A stretch of DNA of 64,000 nt, taken from the NCBI RefSeq assembly GCF_009914755.1, contig NC_060944.1; one strand, written 5' to 3'. The notes below the pieces were generated by a model. It did no database searches, was not told where the DNA came from, and worked only from the letters and a program-made list of their open reading frames with translations. Positions 61,578-64,000 of the stretch are shown piece by piece. This DNA is from the human T2T-CHM13v2.0 reference genome, Homo sapiens. The position numbers and the translations under genes were made by a program. How positions within the stretch are numbered: position 1 is the first letter of the stretch; the number at the start of each line of letters is the position of its first letter.

Positions 61578-62068
61578 TGTATCAGTTAGTTTCTGCTGTA
61601 TAACAAACCATTGCAAATCTGAGTGACATAAAAGAAGGGCCTTTTATTTGTTCATGATATGTGGCTTGGCAGTATGGGCTGGGCTCAGCTGGGACGGCTT
61701 GCCTCTCACACATGGGGAGCGGCTGACCTCATTCCTGCATTTGCGGCCAGCAAATTTAAGACAGTAAATGTTGATTACTTTGCACAGTGCCCAGCTCAAG
61801 ATGAAATGTTCTAAAAATTATTATTATCACCATTCTTTTTCATTCATTTTTTCAAATATTTATTGAACATCTCCTAGATGCTAGGTCCTAGGGATAAATT
61901 AATGAGCAAAATCCAGATGTCATTCTTGCTCTCACGGAGTTTGCAGTCTTAGAAAAAAAAAACTATGAGTCTTAGATGGCAGGAGCAGCAAAGCCATCAA
62001 GATGCACACATTGCAAAGTGGCATGTGTACAGGAATGGGAGGAACTCATGGCCCTGTTTGCAGTCTCC
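61578..62068. mobile_element. MLT1-type MaLR LTR (middle occupied by a local duplicate)
   Basis: tgtatcagttagtttctgctgtataacaaacc...gggctgggctcagctggg ... cacattgcaaagtggcatgtgtacagg. Confidence 0.65.
61756..61971 (+). repeat. ~215-bp direct duplicate, copy 2 (inside an MLT1-type LTR)
   Basis: ttaagacagtaaatgttga...ggagtttgcagtctta; interrupts MaLR LTR 61578-62068. Confidence 0.85.
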
Positions 62069-62314
62069 ATGGGGCTGAGTTGTTCCGGTTTTATATTTGA
62101 GAGAATTCCAACTGCTGCGTGAAAATGGATTTCAAGGGAGACAGAGGGGAGGCCGGTGCAGCAGCTCAGGTGAGAGATGATGTTGGCGTGGACTGAGATG
62201 GTTGCAGTGGATATGGTGAGGTGTGAATGGGCTTGAGAGGTATTTTGAAGATAAAATGAGCAGGAATTTACATGAGGGTTGGGAGTGAGGTAAAGAGAAT
62301 CAAAAGTAATTCCT

Positions 62315-63135
<821 letters not shown>

Positions 63136-63645
63136 TGTCTTAAATTTTAAAATCATTTATTATGTCACACATTTTCTGTGGATCTGGAGTTCTGGAGCAG
63201 CTGAGCTGGACAGCTCTGAGTCAGGGTTGCTTGATGCAGGTTGCCTTCAAGCTGTCAGCTGGGGCTGCAATGATTTGAAGGCTTGACTGGGGCCGGAGGA
63301 TCCACTTCCAAGCTGCCTTATTCATGTGGTTCTTAGCTAGAGGCCTCTATCCCCTGCTGGCTGTCGGCAGGAGACTTTAGTTCCTTACCATGTGGGCCTC
63401 TCAATAGGCTGCTTGGGTTTCTTTACAGCATGGCTGCTGGCTTTCCCTGAGCAAGTTATTCCAGAGAAAGAGAAGACACAGAAGCCACAATGTCTTTTAT
63501 GATCTACTGCTGGAAGTCACTCTGCCCCATCATTCATTAGAAGTCATGAAATACAGCTGCTATTCAAGGGGAGGAGAATTGGGCTCCGCTGAAGGGAGGA
63601 GTATATCAAGTGATTTGTAGGTGTACTTTAAAACTGTCGCAGCTG

Positions 63646-63930
63646 AACCAGGCAAGGTCACGTGCACTTGTAATTCCAGCTAGTTGGGAGGCTGAGGCAG
63701 GAGAATCACTTGAGCCCCAGGAGTTCGAGACCAGTCTGGGCAACATGGTGAGACTCTGTCTCTACAAGAAAGCACAAAAATTAGCTGGATGTAGTAGTAC
63801 ATGCCTGTAGACCCAGCTACTCAGGAGGCTGAGGCAGGAGGATTGCTTGAGCCTAGGAGGTTGAGGCTGCAGTGAGTCGTCTTCTGGGAGACAGAGTGAG
63901 AACCTGTCTCAAATAATGATAATAATAAAA
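63646..63930 (+). mobile_element. Alu (AluJ-like, diverged)
   Basis: Diverged dimeric Alu. Confidence 0.85.
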
Positions 63931-64000
63931 ACGTAACTACCACATCTATGCAGAGGTTCTCCCACACTAAGCGGGTATCAGCGCAGAGGAGTCAGCAAAG

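Overview
Human (primate) genomic DNA; I recognise it as the chr20q13.12 interval between OSER1 and GDAP1L1. At left is a CpG-island bidirectional promoter (~2.8-3.95 kb). It drives OSER1 on the minus strand (non-coding exon 1, donor at 3336) and the divergent lncRNA OSER1-DT on the plus strand, whose candidate exons are mostly built from transposons. An Alu/MIR/L2/MaLR-rich intergenic region follows. GDAP1L1 lies on the plus strand: coding exons 1-5 are at 40000-40179, 49819-50011, 51100-51273, 55896-55993 and 57111-57225, all GT-AG and phase-consistent, and exon 6 lies beyond the window. Most ORF-track entries are Alu or GC-rich artefacts. The most unusual signal is a set of local templated copies. 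(i) A composite insertion in GDAP1L1 intron 5 places a 35-nt antisense copy of the exon-4 upstream intron behind exon 5, predicting an RNA stem that loops out the in-frame 213-nt exon 4+5 block. (ii) An ~0.85-kb inverted duplication with arms ~10 kb apart ends 1.5 kb upstream of GDAP1L1. (iii) A fold-back AT-rich insertion splits an Alu. (iv) An ~215-bp direct copy sits inside an MLT1 LTR. (v) Three micro-retroinsertions (~4-21 nt head + polyA + target-site duplication). Also visible are a RE1/NRSE in GDAP1L1 intron 1 and an ARE/NRF1/E-box/D-box cluster in the OSER1 promoter. Gene names and repeat subfamilies come from recognition, not from a database search; repeat boundaries are approximate.
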